A stretch of 64,000 bases of DNA, taken from assembly GCA_043826455.1 (NCBI GenBank), contig JBDRQD010000030.1, forward strand, positions 61,182 through 125,181, in the 5' to 3' direction. The notes under the pieces are model-generated. The model did no database searches and was not told where the DNA came from. It was given only the letters and a program-made list of their open reading frames with translations. The stretch is from Candidatus Bathyarchaeota archaeon. GTDB taxonomy: Archaea > Thermoproteota > Bathyarchaeia > TCS64. Each line of letters begins with the position of its first letter. The stretch's first letter is position 1. The position numbers were made by a program, and so were the translations under genes. Shown piece by piece: positions 37,178 through 47,595 of the stretch.

Positions 37178-40174
37178 ATGATTAGCCCGGGAAAACAGAG
37201 GTCACTGATATTACTGTTTTCCCCCGCAGTAATCATGCTTTCAATCACGTTTCTAGCATACAGTAACTGGTTTCCTGAGTCCCTCGGTTTCAAATGGCTG
37301 ATCCTATTAACCATCTTGAACATACCTGGCCTATACCTTTCGAACATGATGAAGGAGGAGCTGGGCCTTGACCTTGACGAGTTTCTCATGCTGAACCTGA
37401 TGATCAGCTCAATGGTCTCAGTTTTCACCTACATGTACCTGTCTTATGCAGTTCCTCAAGTCTCCCGGATTCACGTTTTCACAGCTCTGACTCTGCTCGT
37501 CCTTTTGCAGGGAGTTGTCTTTCACATGAGACGCTGGAGGTTTACCTTCTATCGCGATCTACCTGTGCTCAAGGTTCTTCAATGCGAGATAGCCGTCATA
37601 ACCAGTTGCCTAGTGAGCTCTGCCTTGGTCTTAAAGCGGTTCACACCCGAGTTATGGATTGGAAATGACCCCTGGGAGACGGCCATTGTTTGTAGGAACA
37701 TAATTAAGTTGGGGCTTTCTCCGACGGAGGCTCTCAGTTACTATGAGACTTTTCTCACGATGAGCCACCCTGTGTTCTACTACCTTGTGTCTCTCGTGTC
37801 CCTGGTGTGTGAGGTTGATGTCGATCTCATTGTCAGGTCTGGTCCCCTGGTTTTTGCTGCGGTCTGTGGAACACTGACGTACTTAGCCGTGAAGCGGGTA
37901 GTGAACCCTGCGGCTGGTTTGGTTGCCCCTGTTTTCCTTTTCTTGAACCCCTTTTTCAACTTCAGGTTCAGCATGCTGCTCAGGGAAAACCTTAGTATAA
38001 TGATCCTTGTGTTGTCCTTCACCCTTCTGCATGCGAGGAGGCGCGCTGATTACAGGATTTTACCGGGTTTCGTTATAGTTAATGGGCTGCTTCTTGCCGC
38101 AATCACGATCACTCATCCTTTTACCGTTCTTTTTCTTCTGGGGATAATGGTGGTGTATATTTACATTGATCATGTCAATAATGGGATCATATTTTTTAAA
38201 GAGGCAGTTATTTCATCCATTTTATGTATTGTGCTTATTATTCCAAACATAATTCCTATGTATATTCCTGTTAACTATTTTTTAATTAACAACAGATCGT
38301 CTATTGACGCCATGATAATCATTTCTGTGAGCGTATTCATCGCATCTGTACTTACATTTGTTTACATAAATAAAATATGGAGACTCGTTAATACTTTGGA
38401 TGTTAAATGGGTTAGAGGAGTATATGTGGGTGTTATTTTGTTGCTCTTTTCTTACATTATTTTTAAGCCGACGATTCTGAGCAACTACATGTATGAGTAC
38501 ATTAGGTTAAACATGTTCTCTACGATAGTTATCGTCCTCGGTGTGCTTGGCTTCATATTTGAGCCGTCTTCAACGAGAAACGTTATGGTAAGCTCTATGA
38601 CTGTTTCTGTTTCACTTCTTGTGTGCGTGTACCTCCTTGGAGTTGCGGTCCCCCTTGACCGCACAGCCGTCTACACAGCCTGGATTCTGTCATACTACGC
38701 GTCACTCTACTTCTCAAAGCTCTTAGATCCCTTCACGCTTAGACTGGTCAGCGTGCCCCATAATCTACGTGATGTTGCAGGTTTGCTGAAGAACTCTCAG
38801 CAATACCTTGTACTGCTGTTTCTATTATCAACCGTTGTCTACTGGGAGGCCTCAGCTCTACGCCCGAGCTTCACGGAGTTCTCATCCGCTGACATAGATT
38901 CAGCTCGGTTATTCGTCTCCTCTCTTGAGAAAGGGGACTTGGTCATTCCCATAAAAACAAATTATATCATACAGTATGTTGACGTTCCAAGAGACTACGT
39001 CGTCACCACCCACGCTGAAAGGGAGTGGATGTGGAGGATATGTGGTGCGGATACACCTGATCAACTGTTCGTGGATGCACCTGAGCGATTTGCGGGTGTA
39101 AAACGCCTAAAGTTCTGTCTCCTGTTCAATGACTTATTTGGGTCAAGGAGCCTCAAGCCCTCGAAAGAGTTTCTAGAAGAATACGGTGGCTTCAACTTTT
39201 ACGGGTCTTTGATCGTGTTCACGGTCGATGTGCCCTACGATGAGACCGGGAGGCCTTTGAATAGAGTAAAATATGTCAGCGGAGTCTCTGATGAGTCGAT
39301 CCTGTCCGGAGGATCGCCTGATGATCTGGGGGTCTTCGTCACTGGTGTGAGTAACATCGTCGTTGATCCCTCGCAGGGCATGAACCGATACAGGTTATAT
39401 TATGTCGGTGAGGATAGGTCTGGGATTATGGGAATATGGTGCGCACTGTCAAGCGATGGTTTAACCTGGGAGAGGCGTCCCGAACCGGTCATTTTAGGTG
39501 AGTACAGCGAGCCGTTCGTCATGGTGGACAACGGCGCCTTCCGCCTTTTCTGCGATGACACCGCCTCCAACGAGGTGATAAGCCTCAGCAGCCAGGACGG
39601 GGTCCACTGGTCCGGCAAGACGGTGATCGCAGCTAACCAGGATGCCTCAAACCTTTTCTGGAGAGCCTCGTCCCCAGTGGTCTGGGCTGAAGGCGGCTCG
39701 TATCACATAATATACGAGGAGACAACGGTTTCTGAGCAGGGGTCCAACGTATCTCTAGTTCAGTTAACATCAGAAGACTGTAGTAGCTGGACGGTTCAAA
39801 ACAGGCCCCTTCGACTATGGGCGGTCGACTACTCTTTCTGGACCGTAAAGTTGGACCGTGTACTAATCGATGACGTCGTCGTAACCGATGAAGGGACCAT
39901 ATTCGTTGTCAGGGCTCTGAGGAGCACCTTCAGTAATAAAACTTGGGTGACGGGTACCCTGTTCATGAAGCCAGGGCGCCCCGATCAATCATATTTCCAG
40001 GAGATCGAGTTGATGAATTTCCCCGCAAAGTCAGGCACCGTCGACGCTGTCCACGTGTTATTGGACTCAGGCACGGGTGCACCCATCTTCTACGTTTACG
40101 AACAGGAACTCGGCAATAATTCAGGAGCAGGTCTGTACATCGGCCATCCGATTGCTGCTCCTATGATCCATTGA
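37178..40174 (+). CDS. Large multi-TM GT-C-like protein fused to a C-terminal Asp-box beta-propeller
   Basis: Many TMs in the N-terminal ~560 aa; GNDPW loop motif; SSDGLTW, SQDGVHW, SEDCSSW boxes. Confidence 0.7.
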   Translation: MISPGKQRSLILLFSPAVIMLSITFLAYSNWFPESLGFKWLILLTILNIPGLYLSNMMKEELGLDLDEFLMLNLMISSMVSVFTYMYLSYAVPQVSRIHVFTALTLLVLLQGVVFHMRRWRFTFYRDLPVLKVLQCEIAVITSCLVSSALVLKRFTPELWIGNDPWETAIVCRNIIKLGLSPTEALSYYETFLTMSHPVFYYLVSLVSLVCEVDVDLIVRSGPLVFAAVCGTLTYLAVKRVVNPAAGLVAPVFLFLNPFFNFRFSMLLRENLSIMILVLSFTLLHARRRADYRILPGFVIVNGLLLAAITITHPFTVLFLLGIMVVYIYIDHVNNGIIFFKEAVISSILCIVLIIPNIIPMYIPVNYFLINNRSSIDAMIIISVSVFIASVLTFVYINKIWRLVNTLDVKWVRGVYVGVILLLFSYIIFKPTILSNYMYEYIRLNMFSTIVIVLGVLGFIFEPSSTRNVMVSSMTVSVSLLVCVYLLGVAVPLDRTAVYTAWILSYYASLYFSKLLDPFTLRLVSVPHNLRDVAGLLKNSQQYLVLLFLLSTVVYWEASALRPSFTEFSSADIDSARLFVSSLEKGDLVIPIKTNYIIQYVDVPRDYVVTTHAEREWMWRICGADTPDQLFVDAPERFAGVKRLKFCLLFNDLFGSRSLKPSKEFLEEYGGFNFYGSLIVFTVDVPYDETGRPLNRVKYVSGVSDESILSGGSPDDLGVFVTGVSNIVVDPSQGMNRYRLYYVGEDRSGIMGIWCALSSDGLTWERRPEPVILGEYSEPFVMVDNGAFRLFCDDTASNEVISLSSQDGVHWSGKTVIAANQDASNLFWRASSPVVWAEGGSYHIIYEETTVSEQGSNVSLVQLTSEDCSSWTVQNRPLRLWAVDYSFWTVKLDRVLIDDVVVTDEGTIFVVRALRSTFSNKTWVTGTLFMKPGRPDQSYFQEIELMNFPAKSGTVDAVHVLLDSGTGAPIFYVYEQELGNNSGAGLYIGHPIAAPMIH

Positions 40175-40236
40175 TCTGCCAGAAAGTAACGCGGGTTCTC
40201 TGAGTGTGATTTGAAATACAAACAACCATTCATACA

Positions 40237-41139
40237 ATGAAAAGTGGAACCCTATTCCATATGAGTAGCACTCTAGCCGAGGCCTACCAGCAGGTAAGAA
40301 AAACAAACCCCTTCCCCGGGCAGATGGATAGGAAGCTGGATAAGTACTCCGAGATCGTATCCGAGGTCAGAGGAGTCGCTGTGCCCGGGTCTGAAATACT
40401 ATCCATAGGGGCGGGCGTGTGTGAAGTAGAGGCTATTCTATCCGTATTAGGCTATCATGTGACCGCCGTCGACGATCTGAGCGACATCTGGCACTTTCTA
40501 GGCCGAAACAGGGAGAGGATCATGAGCTTCGCTGAGAGCCACGGGGTCAAGCTCATCATTAAGCCCTTCGAGGAGGCGGGGCTTCAACAACAGTTCGATG
40601 TTGTCATTCTGATAGATGTCCTCGAGCACATATTGTTCAGCCCCAGGGAGCTGCTGAACAAGGTGCTGGAGTGCCTTAAACCGGGGGGCGCTTTACTGGT
40701 TGAGACGCCTAACGCCGCCAGGCTCTACTACCGGTTGAGGCAGCTTCTTGGTAAGCCTAACTACATAGACTTAGAGGGTTTCTACTGGAGCGTCGGGCCG
40801 TACAGGTATCACTTGAAAGAGTACACGGCGGACGAGCTCAAGACCATGATGAGACTTCAAGGGCTGAAGGACGTACGTGTACGCTCTTACAACGTTGCCA
40901 CGAAGCTAGTTGACCCGGAGGACGGCCTCCATAGGGTGGCCCTGAAACTGTATGATCTGGTCTCGGGGGCGTGTTCCGGTTTCAGAGACACATTGATGAC
41001 CTCGGGAGTGAAACCAGAGGGCTGGAAGCCAGTTGAGGCGGACTTGGAGAAGATCATCCGGTATAGACCAGAGTTGATGAGCTACAATCTTGACAACCAG
41101 CCGCTGCATGAACTCGTGGAAGCCCGTGGGATGGGTTAA
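40237..41139 (+). CDS. Class I SAM-dependent methyltransferase
   Basis: ILSIGAG, FDVV...DVLEH, LKPGG.L..ETPN, H.KEYT. Confidence 0.9.
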   Translation: MKSGTLFHMSSTLAEAYQQVRKTNPFPGQMDRKLDKYSEIVSEVRGVAVPGSEILSIGAGVCEVEAILSVLGYHVTAVDDLSDIWHFLGRNRERIMSFAESHGVKLIIKPFEEAGLQQQFDVVILIDVLEHILFSPRELLNKVLECLKPGGALLVETPNAARLYYRLRQLLGKPNYIDLEGFYWSVGPYRYHLKEYTADELKTMMRLQGLKDVRVRSYNVATKLVDPEDGLHRVALKLYDLVSGACSGFRDTLMTSGVKPEGWKPVEADLEKIIRYRPELMSYNLDNQPLHELVEARGMG

Positions 41140-41142
41140 CGC

Positions 41143-42801
41143 ATGAGTGCCCATGAAGGAGAAACCCCCATCCGGTTCGGCGTCATGGCTGACGACCACA
41201 GTGTCAGCGATTGGCAGATGCTGTGCATCGAGGAGCTGATGAAGCTGGATGACGTAGAGCTGACCCTTCTCATCGTCAACTCCTCGGAGAAAAACGTCAC
41301 TCTCAGCCGCATCCTTAAGGCCGGGCTTGACACGGCGACACTTGAGGCGTATTACCGAATAGCCGGGTTCAAGGCAGGCAAGCAAAGAGAGCTAAACCTC
41401 CACGGCGAGGTGCCGACCCTTGAATGCGGCGTGGTGACCAAGAGAAAGTTCTCCCAATATTTTCTCGACGAAGACATCTCCAAGATAAGATCATACGGCC
41501 TCGACTTCATCCTCAGGTTCGGCTTCGGGATCATACGCGGCGACGTCCTGAGCGCGGCTAGGTACGGCGTCTGGTCCTACCACCACGGCGACGAAGAAAA
41601 GTACAGGGGCGGCCCACCCGGGTACTGGGAGATATACAAGGGAGATCCAGTCAACGGCGTCATACTCCAGAGGTTGACCAACCGCCTCGACGGCGGCGTC
41701 ATATTAAGGAAGGGCTACTTCCCCACGAACTTCGACTCATACCGGAACCACCGAGACTACATCTACTATGGGGCGGCGGGCTGGGCGGCGCAGGTCGTGA
41801 AAGACATCAGGAACGGAACCGCTGGGTACCTGAACGACTCCGCGTCCAAGACGGAAGCCCCCATCTATCGGGCCCCCAGCCCGATCCAGCTGGCTGGGAT
41901 GGTGGCGAAGACTAGGCTGCACCAGTTGAAGCGGCTGATGTCGCCTCAGCAACAGTGGAGCATAGGAGTGGTGCATGACGGGATAGGCTCGTTCGTTGAC
42001 GCCTCCTACTCTCCAGAAGTACACTGGTACTCTATAGAGTCAGACCGGTTCCTAGCCGACCCTTTCGGAGTGGAGACGGATGAGGGGCTAAGGATCTTCG
42101 TGGAGGACTTTTCCTTCAGAGACATGAAGCAGAGGATATCGTGCCTTTCCTACTGTGACGGCGTTTTCTCTCAACCCGTTATCTGTTTTGATCCTCCCTA
42201 CAATGTGGCGTACCCGTTCATCGTTCAGCATAGGGACTCTGTGTACTGTATCCCTGAGACCATGCATGGTAACCATGTAACGCTCTACAGGGTGCTTGAG
42301 GGCGGCGAGTTCAGAAAAGAACACGTGCTATTAGAGGGAGTAAGAGGAGTAGACCCCACAGTCATCCGGTTCAATAACAAGTGGTGGCTGTTTTTAACCA
42401 TAAACCAGAAAGGTAGCACCCACGACCTGTACATTTTCTACTCCGACGACCTGTTTGGCCCCTGGGTCGAGCACCATAATAATCCTGTTAAAACTGACGT
42501 CAGATCGGCTCGGTCGGCTGGGACGCCTTTCGTTAGTGATGGTAGACTCTACCGCCCTTCGATGGATTGTAGTATAGGGTACGGTTACAGGATAGTGTTG
42601 AACAGAGTGGACAAGCTAAGTGAAACCGAGTTCCATGAAACGCCGGTCAGAGCAGTGTCACCGGACGGGGAGTTCCCCGAAGGACGACACACATTGTCTT
42701 CAGCGGGGTCCTACGCCCTCATTGATGGGCACCAGAACATTAGAAACCGGTACTACTTCAGAAATAGGCTTAGAGAGGTCAGGCAACACCTCTCGTCATG
42801 A
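41143..42801 (+). CDS. Formyltransferase-like domain plus five-bladed beta-propeller (GINT1-N/GH43-like)
   Basis: GVWSYHHGD..KYRGGPP, LDGG; FLADPF, AYPF, CIPE, VDPT, GPW..H..NPV, AR.AG, RP.MDC. Confidence 0.75.
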   Translation: MSAHEGETPIRFGVMADDHSVSDWQMLCIEELMKLDDVELTLLIVNSSEKNVTLSRILKAGLDTATLEAYYRIAGFKAGKQRELNLHGEVPTLECGVVTKRKFSQYFLDEDISKIRSYGLDFILRFGFGIIRGDVLSAARYGVWSYHHGDEEKYRGGPPGYWEIYKGDPVNGVILQRLTNRLDGGVILRKGYFPTNFDSYRNHRDYIYYGAAGWAAQVVKDIRNGTAGYLNDSASKTEAPIYRAPSPIQLAGMVAKTRLHQLKRLMSPQQQWSIGVVHDGIGSFVDASYSPEVHWYSIESDRFLADPFGVETDEGLRIFVEDFSFRDMKQRISCLSYCDGVFSQPVICFDPPYNVAYPFIVQHRDSVYCIPETMHGNHVTLYRVLEGGEFRKEHVLLEGVRGVDPTVIRFNNKWWLFLTINQKGSTHDLYIFYSDDLFGPWVEHHNNPVKTDVRSARSAGTPFVSDGRLYRPSMDCSIGYGYRIVLNRVDKLSETEFHETPVRAVSPDGEFPEGRHTLSSAGSYALIDGHQNIRNRYYFRNRLREVRQHLSS

Positions 42802-42875
42802 TGGGTCCCTGTTCTATATGTAGCCTACACCTATTCAATTAGCTATAAATCGTCACCCGGCTTCCTGTTCCGCAT

Positions 42876-45782
42876 ATGCACGGCCTCAGATCGGTACCCC
42901 GCCTATTCTTAGATGCAGTGCCGATCACAGTCCAGGCCGCACTGGTTCTGTTGTCTCATAGTGCTAGCCTGGAGACCAGCACCCTGTACACCCTCGTGTA
43001 CTTCGTCGTTTTCTCCTTCATGACGCCCTATTATTTGTCGTCGATGATCGGCGACCGGTTCAGAATGGATGACCTTGAGGTCGTGTGCGTATCTTTGTTC
43101 TTCGGTTCAGCCATCCACATGACGGTCTATATTCTGTTGACGCAGATACTGGCGGAAGTATCGAGGCCACTTTTCTTGTCAGTCTTAACGGGGCTATCTT
43201 TGTGCTCCTATCTCCTCCACATCAAGTACAGGCGCAAGAGTGTCGAGAACGGGGCTTCGTTCATGGGAAAGGTGCTCGATGTGTTCGCTGCTTACCTGTC
43301 GGCGTTGACCGGGTTCTACTTGATCATCAGGGTCATCCCGAAGCTGTACTGGCGGGGACCAGATGCATGGGAGACGGCCTCTGTTGTGAGAACCATAGTG
43401 TTGAGGAGCCTGGACCCGGGTGAAGCCATCTCCTATTTCTACGGCTACGTGTATCTTTGGAACGCCGGGTTCTACTACTATCTCTCAGCCGTACAGCTCA
43501 TCGCAAACGCCTCAGTGGAGAACCTGCTCCGCTACGGTGGGGCTTTCTCAGCAGGGGCGCTATGCTTACTGACCTTTATCGTTGTGCGTAGAATGGCCGG
43601 GTCCTTCGCCGGCTTCCTGTCCGGGCTGCTATTGTTCTCGAACCCGATGTACCTGACCCGGTTCGTGACGCCTTTAAGAGAAGATTATGGCTTCGTTCTC
43701 CTAATCTTAGCCTTATTCTTCTTCAAGGTTAGGGAAGACCTTGAAGCTCAGCGCCCTAACGTTTTGTACGTATCCGTCATGGGCTTCATCTTCGCCTCCT
43801 CGGTCGTGGTTCACCTTTTGCCCAGCTTGTTTCTCTTCATGGTGCCAATGCTGCACACATTGTATTATTGGTTAAAAAAGGAGACCACGCTGATGATGGA
43901 AAACATCTACATTTTATTAGCTTCATGCGTTTTCATCAGCTACTATGTTATCTACCTTGGGGAGTCCCTGGCTTGGTTCATTGGCGTAGTGATCGAAGGC
44001 GGGGTTTTTCTGCTCCTCATTCCGATGCTATCCGTCGTTTTCATGTGGTACGCGTTGAGGAACGTACAAAATCCTGAGGTAGAGCATTACCGGAAACTTG
44101 GAGTTCTGTTATCCCTGCTTGTTATCTTCATCAACTTGTTCTTTACGTCTGAAAAATCGGGTGGCTTCAGGGCTCTTTCCCTGGACATGTTCTCGGGTGT
44201 TATCCTGTTGATAGGGTTATACGAGTTGTTAGCCAACTTGGGTAAAGTGCCTCTGTTTGTGTCCTCCATAGTCATGGTCACGGGTTTCTTCATAGCGTTC
44301 AGCTACGTCGGAGTCGTTGTGCCCATTGAGAGGTTCTCCATCTACTTGTCGTGGGTGGCCATCTACCTGTGCGCCAGCTTTCTTTCGCGTCTAATTAGCG
44401 TTAACTGGGTTCACGTGTCCAGCCTCCGGGAGATAGGGCAGTTGAGGAACATGAGGCCTGAGGTACTCTTTCTCGTGGTGCTGGTTTTGACGACCTCGTT
44501 AGGCGGCGCTCTTCAGACGCCCAGGTATCCCTATTACTTTGATGAGGTCGAGATAAGTGACACGCGGGTCTTTAACACAAGGGTTCGTGCATACGATCTG
44601 GTGATACCTCAGGAGACCCTGCGCCACCTGCTATACTACACTGAGACCAGCTACGGTAGCCTGGTCACTGGTAAAGACTATAGAGAGTGGCTGACAGGGG
44701 CCTACTCCGCGGATTCTCCAGGCGAGTTATCTGATCTCATCGAGTCCAGGTTCCCCGATAAAACGAGGGCCGTGTTTTTCACGACGACCAACCGGTACAA
44801 TGTCTATGATGACAAGTTCGTGAACAGAAGCATACTTGAGAACTATTGCCGTGAGTACTATGTCGGCCATGTCAGGTACTTCACCATGGATGTTCCGTAT
44901 GTCAGGAACAATGTTCCGGTGGAGAAGATAAGAAACGTAATTGTCGATTATGATAACCCGTTTATAACTGTCGTTGATGCTGTGGGCGCGGAGGCCGTCA
45001 CGAGCATCAGCAACGTGTACGTGGATCATGAGAACAGGTATCGCATGTTGTATACGACGGAGGAGGGACTCTGGTCGGCTGTTAGCGTCGCTGGAGTCAC
45101 CTGGGTTCATGATGGGACCCGGTTGCTGGATGGCTGCTTCCTCAACCCGTACCTCATAGAAAGTGGCGACAGGTATCACCTCTTCATCGAGGACCTCTCG
45201 GGGGGGACAGTCGCCTACTATGTCAGCGAAGACGCATACCAGTGGGATAGACGTGGTGATCTCAGTGGTCCTCTTTCTGATCACCTTTTCTACAGCGCAG
45301 AGGCGCCGGTCGCCTGGGTGGAGGACGGAGTCATGCGTGTGTTGTTCTGGGAGACGGTGGTAACCGAGGGTGTTCCTCGGAGCGGGTTAAGGTGCCTTGA
45401 GAGCAGCGACGGCGTGAGTTGGCGCGACGCCAAGTTGAACACGGATTGGAGGCTGATCACCGACCAGTACTACGCCGTTGAGTACAGGAAGATCATGTTA
45501 AGCGAGGTTTTTGCCTCAGAGGGCGAGCTGGTGTTTGTAGGCAGGTACCTCACAGAGGACAATGATAGGTCATATTCATGGAAATTAGGCGCGTTCAAGC
45601 CAGATTTGGGCACGGGTAGCCTACGTGTCTTCGCCTCATCCATCAGTGTTACCCCCCGTGACGGTCAAGTCAGCGTACGGAATTGCAGGGTGTTGAGGAA
45701 CCCCTCTGAGGGCGTGCTCGAATTCTACATTATGTTCGAGGACGATCTCACAGGCGTCTATAAGGGAAGCTTGGGCGATTAG
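42876..45782 (+). CDS. Paralog of 37178-40174: multi-TM GT-C-like protein plus Asp-box beta-propeller
   Basis: W.G.D.WETA, LF.NP..RF..LRE, DLVIP, DVPY shared with the paralog; SEDAYQW, SSDGVSW boxes. Confidence 0.7.
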   Translation: MHGLRSVPRLFLDAVPITVQAALVLLSHSASLETSTLYTLVYFVVFSFMTPYYLSSMIGDRFRMDDLEVVCVSLFFGSAIHMTVYILLTQILAEVSRPLFLSVLTGLSLCSYLLHIKYRRKSVENGASFMGKVLDVFAAYLSALTGFYLIIRVIPKLYWRGPDAWETASVVRTIVLRSLDPGEAISYFYGYVYLWNAGFYYYLSAVQLIANASVENLLRYGGAFSAGALCLLTFIVVRRMAGSFAGFLSGLLLFSNPMYLTRFVTPLREDYGFVLLILALFFFKVREDLEAQRPNVLYVSVMGFIFASSVVVHLLPSLFLFMVPMLHTLYYWLKKETTLMMENIYILLASCVFISYYVIYLGESLAWFIGVVIEGGVFLLLIPMLSVVFMWYALRNVQNPEVEHYRKLGVLLSLLVIFINLFFTSEKSGGFRALSLDMFSGVILLIGLYELLANLGKVPLFVSSIVMVTGFFIAFSYVGVVVPIERFSIYLSWVAIYLCASFLSRLISVNWVHVSSLREIGQLRNMRPEVLFLVVLVLTTSLGGALQTPRYPYYFDEVEISDTRVFNTRVRAYDLVIPQETLRHLLYYTETSYGSLVTGKDYREWLTGAYSADSPGELSDLIESRFPDKTRAVFFTTTNRYNVYDDKFVNRSILENYCREYYVGHVRYFTMDVPYVRNNVPVEKIRNVIVDYDNPFITVVDAVGAEAVTSISNVYVDHENRYRMLYTTEEGLWSAVSVAGVTWVHDGTRLLDGCFLNPYLIESGDRYHLFIEDLSGGTVAYYVSEDAYQWDRRGDLSGPLSDHLFYSAEAPVAWVEDGVMRVLFWETVVTEGVPRSGLRCLESSDGVSWRDAKLNTDWRLITDQYYAVEYRKIMLSEVFASEGELVFVGRYLTEDNDRSYSWKLGAFKPDLGTGSLRVFASSISVTPRDGQVSVRNCRVLRNPSEGVLEFYIMFEDDLTGVYKGSLGD

Positions 45783-45960
45783 TAGTTCTCGTTAAGTCGT
45801 ACAAACGTAGGCGTAAGCGTCGTCAAGCTGGTGGGTACTAGTGACCCCGCCACTCCGCATCGCGCGCGACTGCAGCCAACAGGCTGCCAGTGTCTCTGCG
45901 TTGAGTACAGTGATTGCTTGATGGTTGTCAATGAATCATATTTTATAGTTATTGGCACCC

Positions 45961-47541
45961 ATGATTTGGAAAGGTGGAGCCGTCTTGCTTGGAGTCGTAC
46001 TCGGTCTCATCCCGTTAGTTGTGCTGTTCTCCGGGATCATTGTGCTGAGGTGGCCCGTGCATAAGGCGGGGCTTCTCGGCGTCTCATTGACCATGATCAT
46101 AAGCTACTTCTACTCGGGGACGTCACCCGTCATCCTCGTCTACGGGTGGCTGTACGGTATCCTCATAATCCACAAGTACACGCTGGCCAACATGATGAGC
46201 TTCATCCTGGCCTTCTACATGCTGTCCCACGGCTGCTTCGAGGTCATCGGCAACGCCTTCAGGAGGATGCCTGGGGGCGTGGTCTACAAGGTGTACTTCC
46301 TGGGCTTCGGCATCGCCATACTGATGCTGTCGGCGGGGGCAGGCATCGACTGGATCGCCATCGTGTTGAACCAGATGGGCATAGGCACCTGGGCCATACC
46401 CATCCTCATCGACGGCTCCTGTGACGCCTTCAGCCACTTCGCGTACCTGTCTACCCCTATAACGGTGCCCACGGCCGTCTACGGTGGCACCTTCGGGTTC
46501 ACGGAGGCGGACCTGGCTGGCCTCATAGGCCGGTTCGCGTGGGTGGTCATCCCCCTCTTCGGGTTGGCCATTCTGGTGGTGCTCAGGCGGGACGGTAAGG
46601 TGGTTACTTGGAAGCACGCTGCGGCTGTGCTGGTCTACTGTTTGTCGTTGGCGGCCGCCGTGAACTTTTTCCTCAGCACAGTCAACATCATGGGGGTGGG
46701 GGTCCTTGTGGGCATCTACGCTGTGGCCGTCATGTTCCTGGTGAACGTTGTGGGCTCGAGGCTGGGGTACCTTAAGCCTGATGACTCTCTGGAGCCCATG
46801 ACGCCTGAGGAGCGTGGTAAGCTGGTCCGGTCTCTCTCGCCCATAGTCATTGTGTCAGTGCTGACCAGCGTGGTCTCACTGCCCTGGTTCTCAAGTGTGC
46901 TGGAGCAGTACAACTTCAATCTGCCTCTGATAGCGGACCAGATTATCCCGGTCCAGGTGTTCCAGCCCTTCGTCTGGGTGATGATCAGCATCCTCCTCAG
47001 CTTCCTGATCCTGCGGCCCACCAGGGAGAAACTGGAGCAGACGTGGAGCCTACTGGTTAAACGGCTGGTGCCCTTCGTGATAGCCACGTGGATATGCTCG
47101 GGAATGGTGTTCACCTACAACTGGAGTGGCATGGTGGTGAACGAGGCCAACAAGCTGGTGCTGCCCGCCGGCATGGAGAGCCTTAACCTCATCCACGCCC
47201 TGGCCATAGCCACGTCTAACTTGGGCCCTACACTGTACGTGGCCCTGGTCCCCTTCATGGCCGTCTTCGGGTGCATGCTCTTCGGCCACGAGCTCACATC
47301 GACTCTGTTCTTCACCAGGTTCCACTTCATCGCAGCACGTTCTCTGGGGATAACGAGGCCGCTGATCCTGGTGGCGGGGCACATGGTTGCGAACTTGGGC
47401 ATCGTGGACGTGCGTAAGATGATGAGGAGCCTGGCGATAATCGGAGCCTACGGTGAGGAGTGGAAGACCATGAGGTTCACCTTCGTCATGGGCCTGGTGA
47501 TAACCCTGCTGATTATACCCCTCCTGTTCATCCTCTTCTAA
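45961..47541 (+). CDS. L-lactate permease-like transporter
   Basis: Polytopic membrane protein; N-terminal P...L...V.RWP..KAG and C-terminal P.MAVFG....G....S..FF patterns. Confidence 0.65.
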   Translation: MIWKGGAVLLGVVLGLIPLVVLFSGIIVLRWPVHKAGLLGVSLTMIISYFYSGTSPVILVYGWLYGILIIHKYTLANMMSFILAFYMLSHGCFEVIGNAFRRMPGGVVYKVYFLGFGIAILMLSAGAGIDWIAIVLNQMGIGTWAIPILIDGSCDAFSHFAYLSTPITVPTAVYGGTFGFTEADLAGLIGRFAWVVIPLFGLAILVVLRRDGKVVTWKHAAAVLVYCLSLAAAVNFFLSTVNIMGVGVLVGIYAVAVMFLVNVVGSRLGYLKPDDSLEPMTPEERGKLVRSLSPIVIVSVLTSVVSLPWFSSVLEQYNFNLPLIADQIIPVQVFQPFVWVMISILLSFLILRPTREKLEQTWSLLVKRLVPFVIATWICSGMVFTYNWSGMVVNEANKLVLPAGMESLNLIHALAIATSNLGPTLYVALVPFMAVFGCMLFGHELTSTLFFTRFHFIAARSLGITRPLILVAGHMVANLGIVDVRKMMRSLAIIGAYGEEWKTMRFTFVMGLVITLLIIPLLFILF

Positions 47542-47595
47542 GACGCCTTTTTTCTACGCAAACCATCTTTAACCTCTTCACCATGAGTCTACCAC

